From the NCBI GenBank assembly GCA_036340235.1, contig JAYYZE010000010.1:8196-72195 (forward strand): DNA of 64,000 nucleotides, given 5' to 3'. Below the pieces are notes generated by a model that did not search any database, was not told the origin of the DNA, and saw only the letters and a program-made list of their open reading frames with translations. The stretch comes from Bacteroidota bacterium (GTDB lineage Bacteria > Bacteroidota > Bacteroidia > Flavobacteriales > UBA7312). A program made the position numbers and the translations under genes. Shown one piece after another: positions 1 through 9,558 of the stretch. Positions within the stretch are counted from its first letter, which is position 1, and every line of letters begins with the position of its first letter.

Positions 1-750
1 CAAAAGATTCTTAAGGAATACGTATTGAACCTCAACGAATCCCTAAAGCTATATAAAAAGGTATATATCGATGATGTAGGTTCTCTTCTGTTAACTGACG
101 AAAACTCACTTTTATTTGTTCAGTCAGACACAAGAAACCACTTACTAGATAGTTATGGTTTTAACACCATACAATATCCCAAGATTAATCGATATACTTT
201 TAAAAATGAACTAGAAGGTAAGATAAAATCATTAGATAAAACGCAAACAAACTACAACAAAAAACGCTGGCTTAAAGTAGCTGCGGTCATGCTACCATTA
301 ATTATGCTTAGCGCCGTGAGTATTTCAAACAAAGATAGCTTACACAATGCCTATGCAAACCTTTTGCCACTAATACCCAAAACCTCTTCTCATTCAGAAT
401 CTTTCAGTCCAAATTTATCGGATTATGAGGTTTACAGCCCAACACAAAATATTTCAGGTGCACTTTCAAAATTTTATGTTTCTAAACTCGAGAGGAATAT
501 AACTGCAGAAAATGCTTTGCTTAACAACATGCAATCCTTCATAGTCGCTGGGGCATTCTCTTCAATAATTAACGCTGAAAAGCTGGTGTCTAAACTAAAA
601 ACCGATGGCTACAGCAATGCCAAAATAATTGGACAAAGTCATTCGGGCTTACACAGAGTGGCCTACAGTAGCTATTCGGATATCAGCAAAGCAATGATTG
701 ACTTAAAATTAATCAGAAAAGATAACTCCAGCGCTTGGTTACTCAAATAA
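1..750 (+). CDS. SPOR-domain protein, 5'-truncated by the window edge
   Basis: Frame is open from base 1. TM segment KKRWLKVAAVMLPLIML and C-terminal SPOR motif FIVAGAFSSIINAEKLVSKLK...HRVAYSSY...AWLLK. Confidence 0.8.
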   Translation, partial: QKILKEYVLNLNESLKLYKKVYIDDVGSLLLTDENSLLFVQSDTRNHLLDSYGFNTIQYPKINRYTFKNELEGKIKSLDKTQTNYNKKRWLKVAAVMLPLIMLSAVSISNKDSLHNAYANLLPLIPKTSSHSESFSPNLSDYEVYSPTQNISGALSKFYVSKLERNITAENALLNNMQSFIVAGAFSSIINAEKLVSKLKTDGYSNAKIIGQSHSGLHRVAYSSYSDISKAMIDLKLIRKDNSSAWLLK

Positions 751-757
751 GTAAATA

Positions 758-1276
758 ATGTCATCTTCCAAAACACCCTCACAAAGCTTAGCCACTCTTA
801 CCGAGATGGTTTTACCCAATGACACAAATAACTTGGACAATTTGATGGGTGGGCGACTATTACACTGGATGGATATTGCTGCGGCTATTTCTGCTCACAG
901 GCATTGTGGACGAATAGTAGTAACGGCCTCAGTCAACAATGTCTCTTTTGAAAAATCAATACCCAGGGGGAGTATTGTCACTTTGGAGGCCAAGGTTTCT
1001 AGAGCTTTTAAATCCTCAATGGAAATATTTGTTGACGTATGGATGGAGCACCGTAACTCCGACCAAGGTCGTCAAAAATGTAATGAAGCCATTTACACTT
1101 TTGTAGCGGTTGATCAATTAGGAAATCCTATTACAGTACCATCCATAATAGCTGAAACAGAAGTCGAAAAGATGCGTTTCGATGGTGCTTTAAGAAGGCG
1201 ACAACTAAGTCTTATCTTGGCAGGGCGAATGAGGCCGAATGAGGCAACTGAGCTCAAGGCACTTTTCACCGAATAA
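758..1276 (+). CDS. Acyl-CoA thioesterase (hotdog fold, YciA-like)
   Basis: VLPNDTNNLDNLMGGRLLHWMD, VVTASV and YTFVAVD motifs. Confidence 0.92.
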   Translation: MSSSKTPSQSLATLTEMVLPNDTNNLDNLMGGRLLHWMDIAAAISAHRHCGRIVVTASVNNVSFEKSIPRGSIVTLEAKVSRAFKSSMEIFVDVWMEHRNSDQGRQKCNEAIYTFVAVDQLGNPITVPSIIAETEVEKMRFDGALRRRQLSLILAGRMRPNEATELKALFTE

Positions 1277-2207
1277 CGCTTAAATCAATGTCTTGCATGC
1301 ACTTGAAATGTCCACGTGGGCATTTCGAATAACCTATTTTGGAGCACGGTCGACATCCTAACTCTTTATTTTCTACCATTTCTGACAAAGGATCAGCCAT
1401 GTATGGCGCCATTCCAAAAGCTGGTACGGTACTCCCCCAAATAGAATATATCTTCTTTTTAAAAGCTGCAGAAATATGCATCATGCCTGTATCGTGTGAG
1501 ATAACAAATTCGGCCCCTTTGACTAGTAAGGCAGACTGTATTAGCGATAAACGCCCACATGCATTTAGTCCATGGGCTGTATCGCCGACAATTTCATCTC
1601 CTCTGATTTTATCTTCCGGACCTCCTACCAAAACAAAAGTACGGTTGAGTTGCTTACACAATTCAATCAGTTTGTAGGTCGGCAGTATTTTGGTAGGGTG
1701 TTGCCCACCGATAACCACAGCCACAAAAGACTTTTCTAGCGCAAATTCATCAGGTAATTTTTCGCCTTTAGGAATGAAAAAATCAAGTCCTTTATGGTCG
1801 TTTTTTACCCCTAAGTGCGCCACAGTGGCCATGTTTCTATCGACCATGTGTATGGGGGGCATTATATTCCATTTAAATGCTGTAAGTATAAATTTTCTTA
1901 TGTTCAGTTTATTTACACTTTTTGAAGGCAATCGCAATGATTGTTTTATTCGAAACGTACGAAAGTTATTATGCAAATCGATGACCCAATCAAAAGAGGT
2001 CTGTTTTAGACTGTCAGTACCCGACTCATAAAGGTGTATCTTATCAATGTAAGGATTGTGCTTCAACCATGATGAAAAGGTTTTTTTTGTTAAAAAATGA
2101 ATCTCCGCATTGAGTTGTTTTTTTAGTGCTCTTACCACTGGTGAAGTCAAAACGATGTCACCAATTGAGCTAAGTCGAATGACCAATATTTTTAATGACG
2201 CAGACAC
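1266..2207 (-). CDS. Glycosyltransferase family 9 (heptosyltransferase-like)
   Basis: ILVIRLSSIGDIVLT, SHDTGMMHI and CRPCSKIG motifs. GTG start supported by TAGCTTTG 4 nt upstream. Confidence 0.92.
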   Translation of the reverse strand: MSASLKILVIRLSSIGDIVLTSPVVRALKKQLNAEIHFLTKKTFSSWLKHNPYIDKIHLYESGTDSLKQTSFDWVIDLHNNFRTFRIKQSLRLPSKSVNKLNIRKFILTAFKWNIMPPIHMVDRNMATVAHLGVKNDHKGLDFFIPKGEKLPDEFALEKSFVAVVIGGQHPTKILPTYKLIELCKQLNRTFVLVGGPEDKIRGDEIVGDTAHGLNACGRLSLIQSALLVKGAEFVISHDTGMMHISAAFKKKIYSIWGSTVPAFGMAPYMADPLSEMVENKELGCRPCSKIGYSKCPRGHFKCMQDIDLSVIR

Positions 2208-2364
2208 ACTCCAAAGCTAAGTCATTTAATTTAAAATTACGGCATCCTTTTTTGTCATTTGAAACGAATAAACTCTAGTCTAGAATCAAAAACTACGCAA
2301 GTCATAAAACAGCTTAGTTTTAGAAGCACAAGACATTGAAAAATATCCTAATTTTGTTGCCAAT

Positions 2365-3129
2365 ATGATGATTGATACACACACTCATCTGTTTGCTAGC
2401 CAATTTGATAAGGATAGGGCTCAGGTAGTGCAGGATGCCATTGACAAAGGAGTAAATACCATGCTGTTGCCTAATATCAATAGCGAGAGCATTGAACCTA
2501 TGCATAAGTTGTGTCGACAGTTTCCAAACCATTGCTTTCCCATGATGGGTTTACACCCCTGCGATGTCAAGTCAAACTTTGAAAATGAGTTGAATAATAT
2601 CAAGTCTTGGCTTGACAAAGTGCGCTATGTAGCCATTGGTGAAATTGGAATCGATTTGTATTGGGATAAAAGCACATTGGATATTCAAAAAGAGGCCTTT
2701 CGTCAACAACTAATCTGGGGGAAAGAATACGACTTACCAGTGGCTATTCATATTAGAGAAAGTTTTGATAACGTTTTAGAGGTAGTTGAAAAAGTGAATG
2801 AAGACAAGCTAAGAGGTGTTTTTCATTGTTTTACCGGGACTGTCGAACAAGGCAAAAAAGCTATTGAAATGGGGTTTATGCTAGGTATTGGTGGAGTGGC
2901 AACCTTTAAAAACAGTGGATTGGACAAAACCCTAAAAGAGCTCCCTTTAGAAAGTATGCTTTTGGAAACCGACAGCCCTTATCTTGCCCCTACGCCCCAC
3001 AGAGGCCGACGCAATGAAAGTTCTTTTTTGCCCATCATAGCTCAAAAATTGGCGGACATCCATGAACTCGACATTCAAGAAGTGGCACGGATAACGACCA
3101 ACAATGCTCTTACCTTATTTAAGCTATAA
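2365..3129 (+). CDS. tatD: TatD family hydrolase
   Basis: IDTHTHL, GLHP, IGEIGID, VFHCF and LLETDSPYLAP motifs. Confidence 0.95.
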   Translation: MMIDTHTHLFASQFDKDRAQVVQDAIDKGVNTMLLPNINSESIEPMHKLCRQFPNHCFPMMGLHPCDVKSNFENELNNIKSWLDKVRYVAIGEIGIDLYWDKSTLDIQKEAFRQQLIWGKEYDLPVAIHIRESFDNVLEVVEKVNEDKLRGVFHCFTGTVEQGKKAIEMGFMLGIGGVATFKNSGLDKTLKELPLESMLLETDSPYLAPTPHRGRRNESSFLPIIAQKLADIHELDIQEVARITTNNALTLFKL

Positions 3130-3131
3130 CT

Positions 3132-4130
3132 ATGACAAATTCTGTATTACTCATTTACACTGGAGGCACCATTGGCATGTACAAAACAGCACAAGGCAGT
3201 TTACGCCCCTTTGATTTGGAAACGCTTCATACTCAAATTCCAGAGCTTAAGTCTTTCGACATAGACCTGCAAGCCATCAGCATAGACCATCCCATTGATT
3301 CTTCCAATATGTCCATTGAAGTATGGATACAGCTCGCTAAACTGATTAAGAAAAACTACAAAAAATACAAGGGTTTTGTCATTTTGCATGGCTCCGATAC
3401 CATGGCATACACCGCTTCAGCCTTAAGTTTTATGCTCGAAAACTTGAATAAACCGGTCATACTCACCGGTGCTCAATTGCCCATTGGTGTGCGACGAACT
3501 GACGCTAAAGAAAACATTATCACTTCGATAGAATTAGCGGCTCAGTCAAATATTCCTGAAGTATGTGTGTACTTTGAATATCACCTGCTGAGAGGTAATC
3601 GCTGCACCAAAATCAGGGCCGAGCACTTCGAGGCATTCAAAAGCCCTAATTTTATTCCCCTAGCCGAGGCAGGCTTACAAATTAAGTACAGCCCTATAAC
3701 TTACGAACACAATCGCAAGGATCTAATACTAAACACTAACTTTAGTGATCAAGTACTGGTTTTAAAACTATTTCCTAGCATGAACCCAGAATTGATAGTG
3801 CCCATCTTAGAGTTGAACTACAAAGGGCTTATTTTGGAAACTTTTGGCACAGGTAATGCTACCACAGCAAGCTGGTTTTTAGATAGTATTAGCAAAGCCA
3901 TTAAAAAAGGTAAAATTATTTTAAATATTAGTCAGTGTTTATCAGGAAGCGTCAGTCAAGGACTGTACGAAACCAGTTCCAAGCTAGAAGAGTTGGGAGT
4001 GGTAAGTGGACACGATATGACCATTGAGGCGGCAGTAACCAAACTCATGTTTTTGATTAGTCAAGGACATGGCCAGCAACAAATTAAAACCCTACTTCAA
4101 ATTTCATTGCGTGGAGAGCTAACTAATTAA
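3132..4130 (+). CDS. ansA: Type I (cytoplasmic) L-asparaginase
   Basis: YTGGTIG, DSSNM, HGSDTMAYTAS and TGAQLP motifs; no signal peptide. Confidence 0.93.
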   Translation: MTNSVLLIYTGGTIGMYKTAQGSLRPFDLETLHTQIPELKSFDIDLQAISIDHPIDSSNMSIEVWIQLAKLIKKNYKKYKGFVILHGSDTMAYTASALSFMLENLNKPVILTGAQLPIGVRRTDAKENIITSIELAAQSNIPEVCVYFEYHLLRGNRCTKIRAEHFEAFKSPNFIPLAEAGLQIKYSPITYEHNRKDLILNTNFSDQVLVLKLFPSMNPELIVPILELNYKGLILETFGTGNATTASWFLDSISKAIKKGKIILNISQCLSGSVSQGLYETSSKLEELGVVSGHDMTIEAAVTKLMFLISQGHGQQQIKTLLQISLRGELTN

Positions 4131-4141
4131 ATTTCATTTAT

Positions 4142-4149
4142 TAGATTTG
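4142..4149 (+). promoter_or_regulatory. Bacteroidota sigmaA -7 element (TAGATTTG) for tRNA-Ser
   Basis: Exact TAnnTTTG match 11 nt upstream of the tRNA. Confidence 0.7.
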
Positions 4150-4160
4150 TCATCCCAAAT

Positions 4161-4245
4161 GGAAAGGTGGCCGAGTGGCTTAAGGCGCACGCTTGGAAAG
4201 CGTGTATACGGAAACGTATCGGGGGTTCGAATCCCTTCCTTTCCG
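4161..4245 (+). tRNA. tRNA-Ser(GGA)
   Basis: Acceptor GGAAAGG/CCTTTCC+G, anticodon arm CACGC-TTGGAAA-GCGTG, long variable arm ATACG-GAAA-CGTAT, TTCGAAT T-loop. CCA not encoded. Confidence 0.97.
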
Positions 4246-4253
4246 CATTAGAT

Positions 4254-4278
4254 AAAAACACCTTACGGGTGTTTTTTT
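4254..4278 (+). terminator. Intrinsic terminator after tRNA-Ser
   Basis: AAAAACACC-TTACG-GGTGTTTTTTT hairpin with U-tract. Confidence 0.85.
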
Positions 4279-4364
4279 GAAAAAATCAGCACAAATCTAT
4301 TTATTTAGTTGAGAATTGTATATTCTGTTATTTTTGATTAATTGAGCCTAAAAATACCATTGCT

Positions 4365-5232
4365 ATGAAATCTCATCCCTCCAAAAAACAAATTCCTCTT
4401 TCTTCTTACAATAATAAAACGACTATCGTATTTTTATCATTGATATTGGTATTTCATACTGGCAAAGCGTTTTCACAATAAGTAATGGTCTCCAACCACA
4501 AAGGCACAAAGATGACCGTAAACAATAATGTGGTAACAACTAATGATAAGGCTCCTTCAAATTCTGCCACAGCATATGTGTATTTTGACAATACAGATAC
4601 CGCCAATGTCATTGCCAAAATATACGATAGAACTTCTTGGCAAAGCGTTTCATCTAGATGTTCTGATGATATGGGAAATCATACAGCTACCGAAAATATT
4701 AAGTTCTCCGGTAATTGACTTAGCAATGATGGGGGTTAAGAAGGTGTATTTGTAGAAACAGATGGGGATATGAGTATAGGCACTTCTAACCCAACGGATC
4801 AGCTAGAAGTAGATGGCATATTAGCTGTAAAATTTATTAATTCAACGGTTTACAACGACGAACGAAGAACTTCATTTACTACTGATCAATCCAATTCTTG
4901 GCCATGGAAAGACTTTCCTGACTTGAACATAACGATTAACTTAACCCAAGAGGCAACAGTAATTATAAATTACAGCATTTCAATGCTAATTGAAAACGAC
5001 TTGCTATTAAATAGATTGAATGTAGGAGGAAATGTCAGAGTTAAAATAATTGCAGGTGACTTTGGCACAAATCAAAGGCAATATTCAAATATTTCAGAAT
5101 CGCGGTCTGAAACAACAAGCTCTGGAACCCACACCAATATAGTAGAATACCAAACTGATGACGTTCGGACAATGGATTCAGCGAATAATTTTCAACAGGC
5201 ATTTTAAAACAACTGTATTTGGCAATCTATAG
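4365..5232 (+). pseudogene. Degraded secreted/surface protein gene (Flavobacteriales GNHTAT/GIGT-motif type)
   Basis: One frame from ATG 4365 (signal peptide ending AFS-Q) links ORFs 4485-4718 and 4770-5207 across in-frame stops TAA 4479, TGA 4716 and TAA 4737, reading DDMGNHTATENIKFSGN*LSNDGG*EGVFVETDGDMSIGTSNPTDQLEVDG. A probable frameshift near 5197 gives RHFKTTVFGNL* ending at 5232. Confidence 0.8.
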
Positions 5233-5421
5233 ACGAGGACATATAAAACAATTAATACTGTATTGGTTGTGTAGTAATTACTTGATTTATCATTAGAATC
5301 GGTTTATTATTTAAGCAAAAAAAGAGCCTTCTTAATCAAATACGCATTTCTTTTTTTTTAAAATTATTTGTGTAGATTTGCGAGGATTAATATTTAAACT
5401 CAATTAAAAACCAATATCGAA

Positions 5422-6225
5422 ATGAAAAATCTCTTAGCGCTTTTTTTGCTGACTTCCTCTCTAACAATCGGAGTGAATCAGATATCTTATGCTATCACAC
5501 AAGATGATGCCGACACCACAAATATAGTTGAGGAAACGGCCACAGAGCAAGAAAAAACCACTGTTGAGGAAACGCCTGTAGTAGAAGAAAATCGTTCGTT
5601 CCACCAAGTTATCAAGCAAAAATTTATTGAGGGTGGTCCCTCATTCATGGGCATCGTTTTATTGTGTCTTATACTTGGTTTGGCCCTTTGTATCGAGCGT
5701 ATTATTTACCTCAATCGCGCTACTACCAATTCTGACGTATTGTTGTCGAACATAGAGGCGGCAATATCTTCAGGAAGTGTTGAAAATGCCAAAGAGATAT
5801 GCCGAAACACTCCGGGACCAGTGGCTAGCATTTTCTATCAAGGACTAGACCGTTCTGGTGAAGGTATCGAGGTGGTAGAAAAGTCAGTAGTGGCTTACGG
5901 AAGCGTCCAAATGGGCCTTTTAGAAAGGGGACTGTCTTGGATTTCTTTATTCATTGCTCTTGCTCCAATGCTTGGTTTTATGGGAACTGTAATAGGAATG
6001 ATTGGCGCCTTTGACGCCATTGAAGCAGCTGGAGATATCTCACCGTCATTAGTTGCTGGCGGTATTAAAGTAGCTTTATTAACCACCGTATTTGGATTGA
6101 TAGTAGCCATGATACTTCAAATTTTCTACAATTACATTGTAGCTAAAATTGACAGCATCGTTAACAATATGGAAGATGCCTCTATCTCATTTGTTGACAT
6201 TTTAGTAAAAAATAAAATCAAGTAA
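5422..6225 (+). CDS. exbB: MotA/TolQ/ExbB proton channel protein
   Basis: APMLGFMGTVIGMIGAFD and GGIKVALLTTVFGL motifs; TAGATTTG promoter at 5373-5380. Confidence 0.93.
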   Translation: MKNLLALFLLTSSLTIGVNQISYAITQDDADTTNIVEETATEQEKTTVEETPVVEENRSFHQVIKQKFIEGGPSFMGIVLLCLILGLALCIERIIYLNRATTNSDVLLSNIEAAISSGSVENAKEICRNTPGPVASIFYQGLDRSGEGIEVVEKSVVAYGSVQMGLLERGLSWISLFIALAPMLGFMGTVIGMIGAFDAIEAAGDISPSLVAGGIKVALLTTVFGLIVAMILQIFYNYIVAKIDSIVNNMEDASISFVDILVKNKIK

Positions 6226-6227
6226 TT

Positions 6228-6566
6228 ATGTCCGATTTTTTAGTTAATGCCGGACTGATTCTAACCTACCTTATGATTGGTTTAGCAGCGTTGTCAGCCT
6301 TGGTTTATCCCATCATGTTTTTGGCTAAGAATCCTTCCAAAAGCAAAAATTCTCTAATAGGTATTGGCGGATTGGTATTTGTTTGCATCCTCTCCTATGT
6401 ATTTGCCTCTAGCGACATTCTCACCTTTCCAGGATCTGAGAAATTCGATATGACAGAAGCGTCAACTAAGCGCGTTGGTATGGGGCTGATAACATTCTAT
6501 ATTTTATCAGCAGGCGCCATACTTTCGGTTTTGTACGCTGAATTAGGAAAATTCTTTAAAAAGTAA
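6228..6566 (+). CDS. Small 3-TM membrane protein in the exbB-exbD operon
   Basis: Three hydrophobic segments; 2-nt and 5-nt gaps to exbB and exbD. Confidence 0.8.
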   Translation: MSDFLVNAGLILTYLMIGLAALSALVYPIMFLAKNPSKSKNSLIGIGGLVFVCILSYVFASSDILTFPGSEKFDMTEASTKRVGMGLITFYILSAGAILSVLYAELGKFFKK

Positions 6567-6571
6567 ACATT

Positions 6572-7117
6572 ATGGCAAGAAGAGCAAAAGGTGCATCAGA
6601 AATTAATGCTGGCTCTATGGCCGATATTGCCTTCCTTCTGCTTATTTTCTTTTTGGTTACCACTACCATGGACGTAGATACAGGATTGGCGCGAAAGCTC
6701 CCTCCCATGCCAGAAGAAGAAATTGAGCAGGATGATTCACAGATTAAAGCTAAAAATATATATGTGGTACTCATCAACTCCAACAATCAGCTACTAGTTG
6801 AAAATGAGTTTATGGATATCTCTCAGCTGCGTGCTGGAGCCAAGACTTTTATTAACAACAATGGCCGTGACCCTGAGTCTTCAGACAATCCACAAAAGGC
6901 CATCATCTCATTACAGAACGATAGAGGCACTTCTTATGAGACCTATATTCAAGTTCAAAACGAATTGGCAGCCGCCTATCGTGAACTGAGAGATACACGT
7001 TCTATGCAAAAGTTTGGAATGCTATACAAAGACCTTCCAAAACAAAAGCAAAAGGAAGTAAGGAAAGAATATCCTCAAAAAATATCGGAAGCAGAACCTA
7101 AAAATATTGGTAAGTAG
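6572..7117 (+). CDS. exbD: Biopolymer transporter ExbD
   Basis: EINAGSMADIAFLLLIFFLVTT TM segment with the conserved Asp. Confidence 0.92.
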   Translation: MARRAKGASEINAGSMADIAFLLLIFFLVTTTMDVDTGLARKLPPMPEEEIEQDDSQIKAKNIYVVLINSNNQLLVENEFMDISQLRAGAKTFINNNGRDPESSDNPQKAIISLQNDRGTSYETYIQVQNELAAAYRELRDTRSMQKFGMLYKDLPKQKQKEVRKEYPQKISEAEPKNIGK

Positions 7118-7119
7118 TT

Positions 7120-7587
7120 ATGTCTAAATTTAGAAAAAATAGCAATAAAGATACTCCAGGCATTTCGACGGCCTCCCTACCCGACATTGTTTTCATGCTC
7201 TTATTCTTCTTCATGGTAACAACCGTCATGCGTGAAACCACCATAATGGTAAAACAAGGATTGCCACAAGCCAGCGAAATACAAAAACTGGAAAAGAAAT
7301 CGTTGGTTAGCTATATTTATATTGGAAGCCCCGTAGAACGAATGCAAAGCACGTATGGCACCAAAGCTAGAATTCAACTCAACGATGCTTTTGCTACAGT
7401 CGACGATATTCCTCAATACATTACGTCGGAAAGAGCCGCCAGAGACGAGAAAGAAGTACCCTTCATGACTACTTCCATCAAAGTGGACAAAGATACTAGA
7501 ATGGGTATCGTTACCGATGTAAAGCAAGAATTAAGAAAAGCCAATGCGCTTAAAATAAATTACTCAACACGAAAAGAAACAAAGTAA
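7120..7587 (+). CDS. exbD: Biopolymer transporter ExbD (second paralog)
   Basis: STASLPDIVFMLLFFFMVTT and KVDKDTRMGIVTDVKQELR motifs. Confidence 0.92.
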   Translation: MSKFRKNSNKDTPGISTASLPDIVFMLLFFFMVTTVMRETTIMVKQGLPQASEIQKLEKKSLVSYIYIGSPVERMQSTYGTKARIQLNDAFATVDDIPQYITSERAARDEKEVPFMTTSIKVDKDTRMGIVTDVKQELRKANALKINYSTRKETK

Positions 7588-7612
7588 TTTAAAGTTATAA
7601 TCCTATCAATTT

Positions 7613-7638
7613 AGCACCTCCTTGGAGGTGCTTTTTTT
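7613..7638 (+). terminator. Intrinsic terminator between convergent exbD and CPBP genes
   Basis: AGCACCTC-CTTG-GAGGTGCT followed by a T-run. Confidence 0.85.
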
Positions 7639-8527
7639 ATACCTTTAATGGTAATGAAATTTGTTTTAATACGTATAATAACAAAGCTAAGGCAACGCAT
7701 GAGATGAGCAACATAGATCCTTGCCCTTCGTTAGTACCAATGCTTTCTATGGAACGGTCAATACGTCCATCGAGAATAAAATATGATAACAATACCGCCG
7801 CCGCATTGTTGACAAAATGCGCCACTATAGGCAACCATATTGAACCACTCCAAAACATTATATAGCCAAACATGGCGCCTATCAAAAAGCGCGGGAAAAA
7901 TCCTAAAAACTGAAGGTGAATCGCACTAAAAAGAAAAGCCGTAATCCAAATACTTAGATGAACCTTGCCACTCCATTTAGACAAGCCATTTTGAATAAGT
8001 CCTCTAAAGAGAAGCTCCTCACCCACGGCCGGTATAAGGGCTATTACCACTAAGTTGGCCATCAAACCACCCAAAGAGTCAACCGCCAAAAAGGCTTCCG
8101 TTATAAGCATGGCTTGGGCTTCAGCAGAACGCATCCAGGCTTCTAAATTGGATAAAAAATCAGGCAAGCGAATGCCCTCGTTCCAAACAGACAATATGTT
8201 TATAAGAGGCCACGAAAGTAACATAATAGCGCCCGTTAAAAGTACTTGCTGACGCGAAACCGTTTTAAAATCTAATGATACTCCAGTTAGGTGCCAAAAC
8301 ATTATAGGCGGAAAAATAAAAATTCCAATGGCAGTAAAAGCCTGAAGGAACTTTAAGCTTTTAATGGTATCCTTATTTTGTAAATCAGTCAATGTGGCGG
8401 CATCAAATACAACAGAGCCCAACATACCAATAATGTTACCTAACAAAAAGCCCAAAAAGAGCAACATAATAAAAATAAAAAGCTGTTTATTTGGTGATGA
8501 CGATTCATATATGCCTTTGTAACTCAT
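7637..8527 (-). CDS. CPBP (Abi/CAAX) family intramembrane metalloprotease
   Basis: EELLFRG, FSAIH and AHFVNN motifs; multiple TM helices. Confidence 0.92.
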   Translation of the reverse strand: MSYKGIYESSSPNKQLFIFIMLLFLGFLLGNIIGMLGSVVFDAATLTDLQNKDTIKSLKFLQAFTAIGIFIFPPIMFWHLTGVSLDFKTVSRQQVLLTGAIMLLSWPLINILSVWNEGIRLPDFLSNLEAWMRSAEAQAMLITEAFLAVDSLGGLMANLVVIALIPAVGEELLFRGLIQNGLSKWSGKVHLSIWITAFLFSAIHLQFLGFFPRFLIGAMFGYIMFWSGSIWLPIVAHFVNNAAAVLLSYFILDGRIDRSIESIGTNEGQGSMLLISCVALALLLYVLKQISLPLKV

Positions 8528-8559
8528 GACAGAAATAATTAGTTAATTTTGCAACAATA

Positions 8560-9558
8560 ATGAGCGTAAAGATAGGCAATATCGACTTAGGAGAATTTCC
8601 GTTGCTATTGGCACCAATGGAAGACGTTAGCGATCCACCATTTAGAGCGCTATGCAAAAAACACGGTGCCGACGTTATGTTCACGGAATTCATCTCTTCG
8701 GAGGGTCTAATAAGAGATGCCGTCAAAAGCGTTGAAAAATTAGATTTCTTTGAATATGAACGACCATTAGCTATACAAATTTTTGGTCATGATATTGAGT
8801 CCATGAAGCAAACCACTCGAATTTGCGAAAAAGTAAATCCGGACTTCATCGACATTAACTACGGATGCCCTGTCAAAAAAGTAACGTGTAAAGGGGCTGG
8901 AGCTGGCATTTTACAAGACATTCCCAAAATGGTGTCTATGACCAAAGAAATAGTAAACTCAACATCTTTACCGGTGACCGTAAAAACACGTTTGGGCTGG
9001 GACGACAACAGCAAATTTATTGTTGATGTAGCTGAACGATTACAAGATGTTGGCATACAGGCAATTTCCATTCATGGTCGAACGCGCAAACAGATGTACA
9101 AAGGACAAGCGGATTGGTCACTCATTGCCGATGTAAAAAATAATCCTCGCATGCATATTCCCGTAATTGGTAACGGCGATGTAGATAGCCCCGAAACAGC
9201 CCTTGAAAAGAAAGAAAAATATGGCGTAGATGGTATTATGATTGGTAGAGCCGCTATTGGCTATCCGTGGATTTTTAATGAAATAAAATACTATTTAAAA
9301 ACTGGTCAACACTTGCCAAAACCTAGTATGAAAGATCGAATAGAAACCTGTAAAGAACATTTGCGTTTTTCTCTTGAATGGAAAGGCTCCATTTTGGGCG
9401 TGGTGGAAACACGACGTCATTATACCAACTACTTTAAACATATTCCCAACTTCAAAGAATACCGAATGCGCCTAGTAACCGCCCAAGAAGCACAAGAACT
9501 TTTCGATATTTTGGACGAAATATCCTTGGTGTTTTCTGAACATAAATTCGCTTCCTAA
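8560..9558 (+). CDS. dusB: tRNA dihydrouridine synthase B
   Basis: LAPMEDVSD, DINYGCP, HGRT and GIMIGR motifs. Confidence 0.95.
   Translation: MSVKIGNIDLGEFPLLLAPMEDVSDPPFRALCKKHGADVMFTEFISSEGLIRDAVKSVEKLDFFEYERPLAIQIFGHDIESMKQTTRICEKVNPDFIDINYGCPVKKVTCKGAGAGILQDIPKMVSMTKEIVNSTSLPVTVKTRLGWDDNSKFIVDVAERLQDVGIQAISIHGRTRKQMYKGQADWSLIADVKNNPRMHIPVIGNGDVDSPETALEKKEKYGVDGIMIGRAAIGYPWIFNEIKYYLKTGQHLPKPSMKDRIETCKEHLRFSLEWKGSILGVVETRRHYTNYFKHIPNFKEYRMRLVTAQEAQELFDILDEISLVFSEHKFAS

Noticed and set aside
4460-4650. 13-bp direct repeat TGGCAAAGCGTTT (4460-4472 and 4638-4650)
   Set aside because: Only two copies inside a decayed CDS, with no transposase, spacer array or target-site logic; probably chance or an old duplication.
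4479-4739. Stop-codon reassignment or read-through as the explanation for the in-frame TAA/TGA codons
   Set aside because: TAA and TGA terminate many intact conserved genes in this window, and the region also shows a probable frameshift, so pseudogenisation is simpler.
4161-5420. Integrative element at tRNA-Ser
   Set aside because: No integrase, and no duplicated tRNA 3' end (att site) found downstream.
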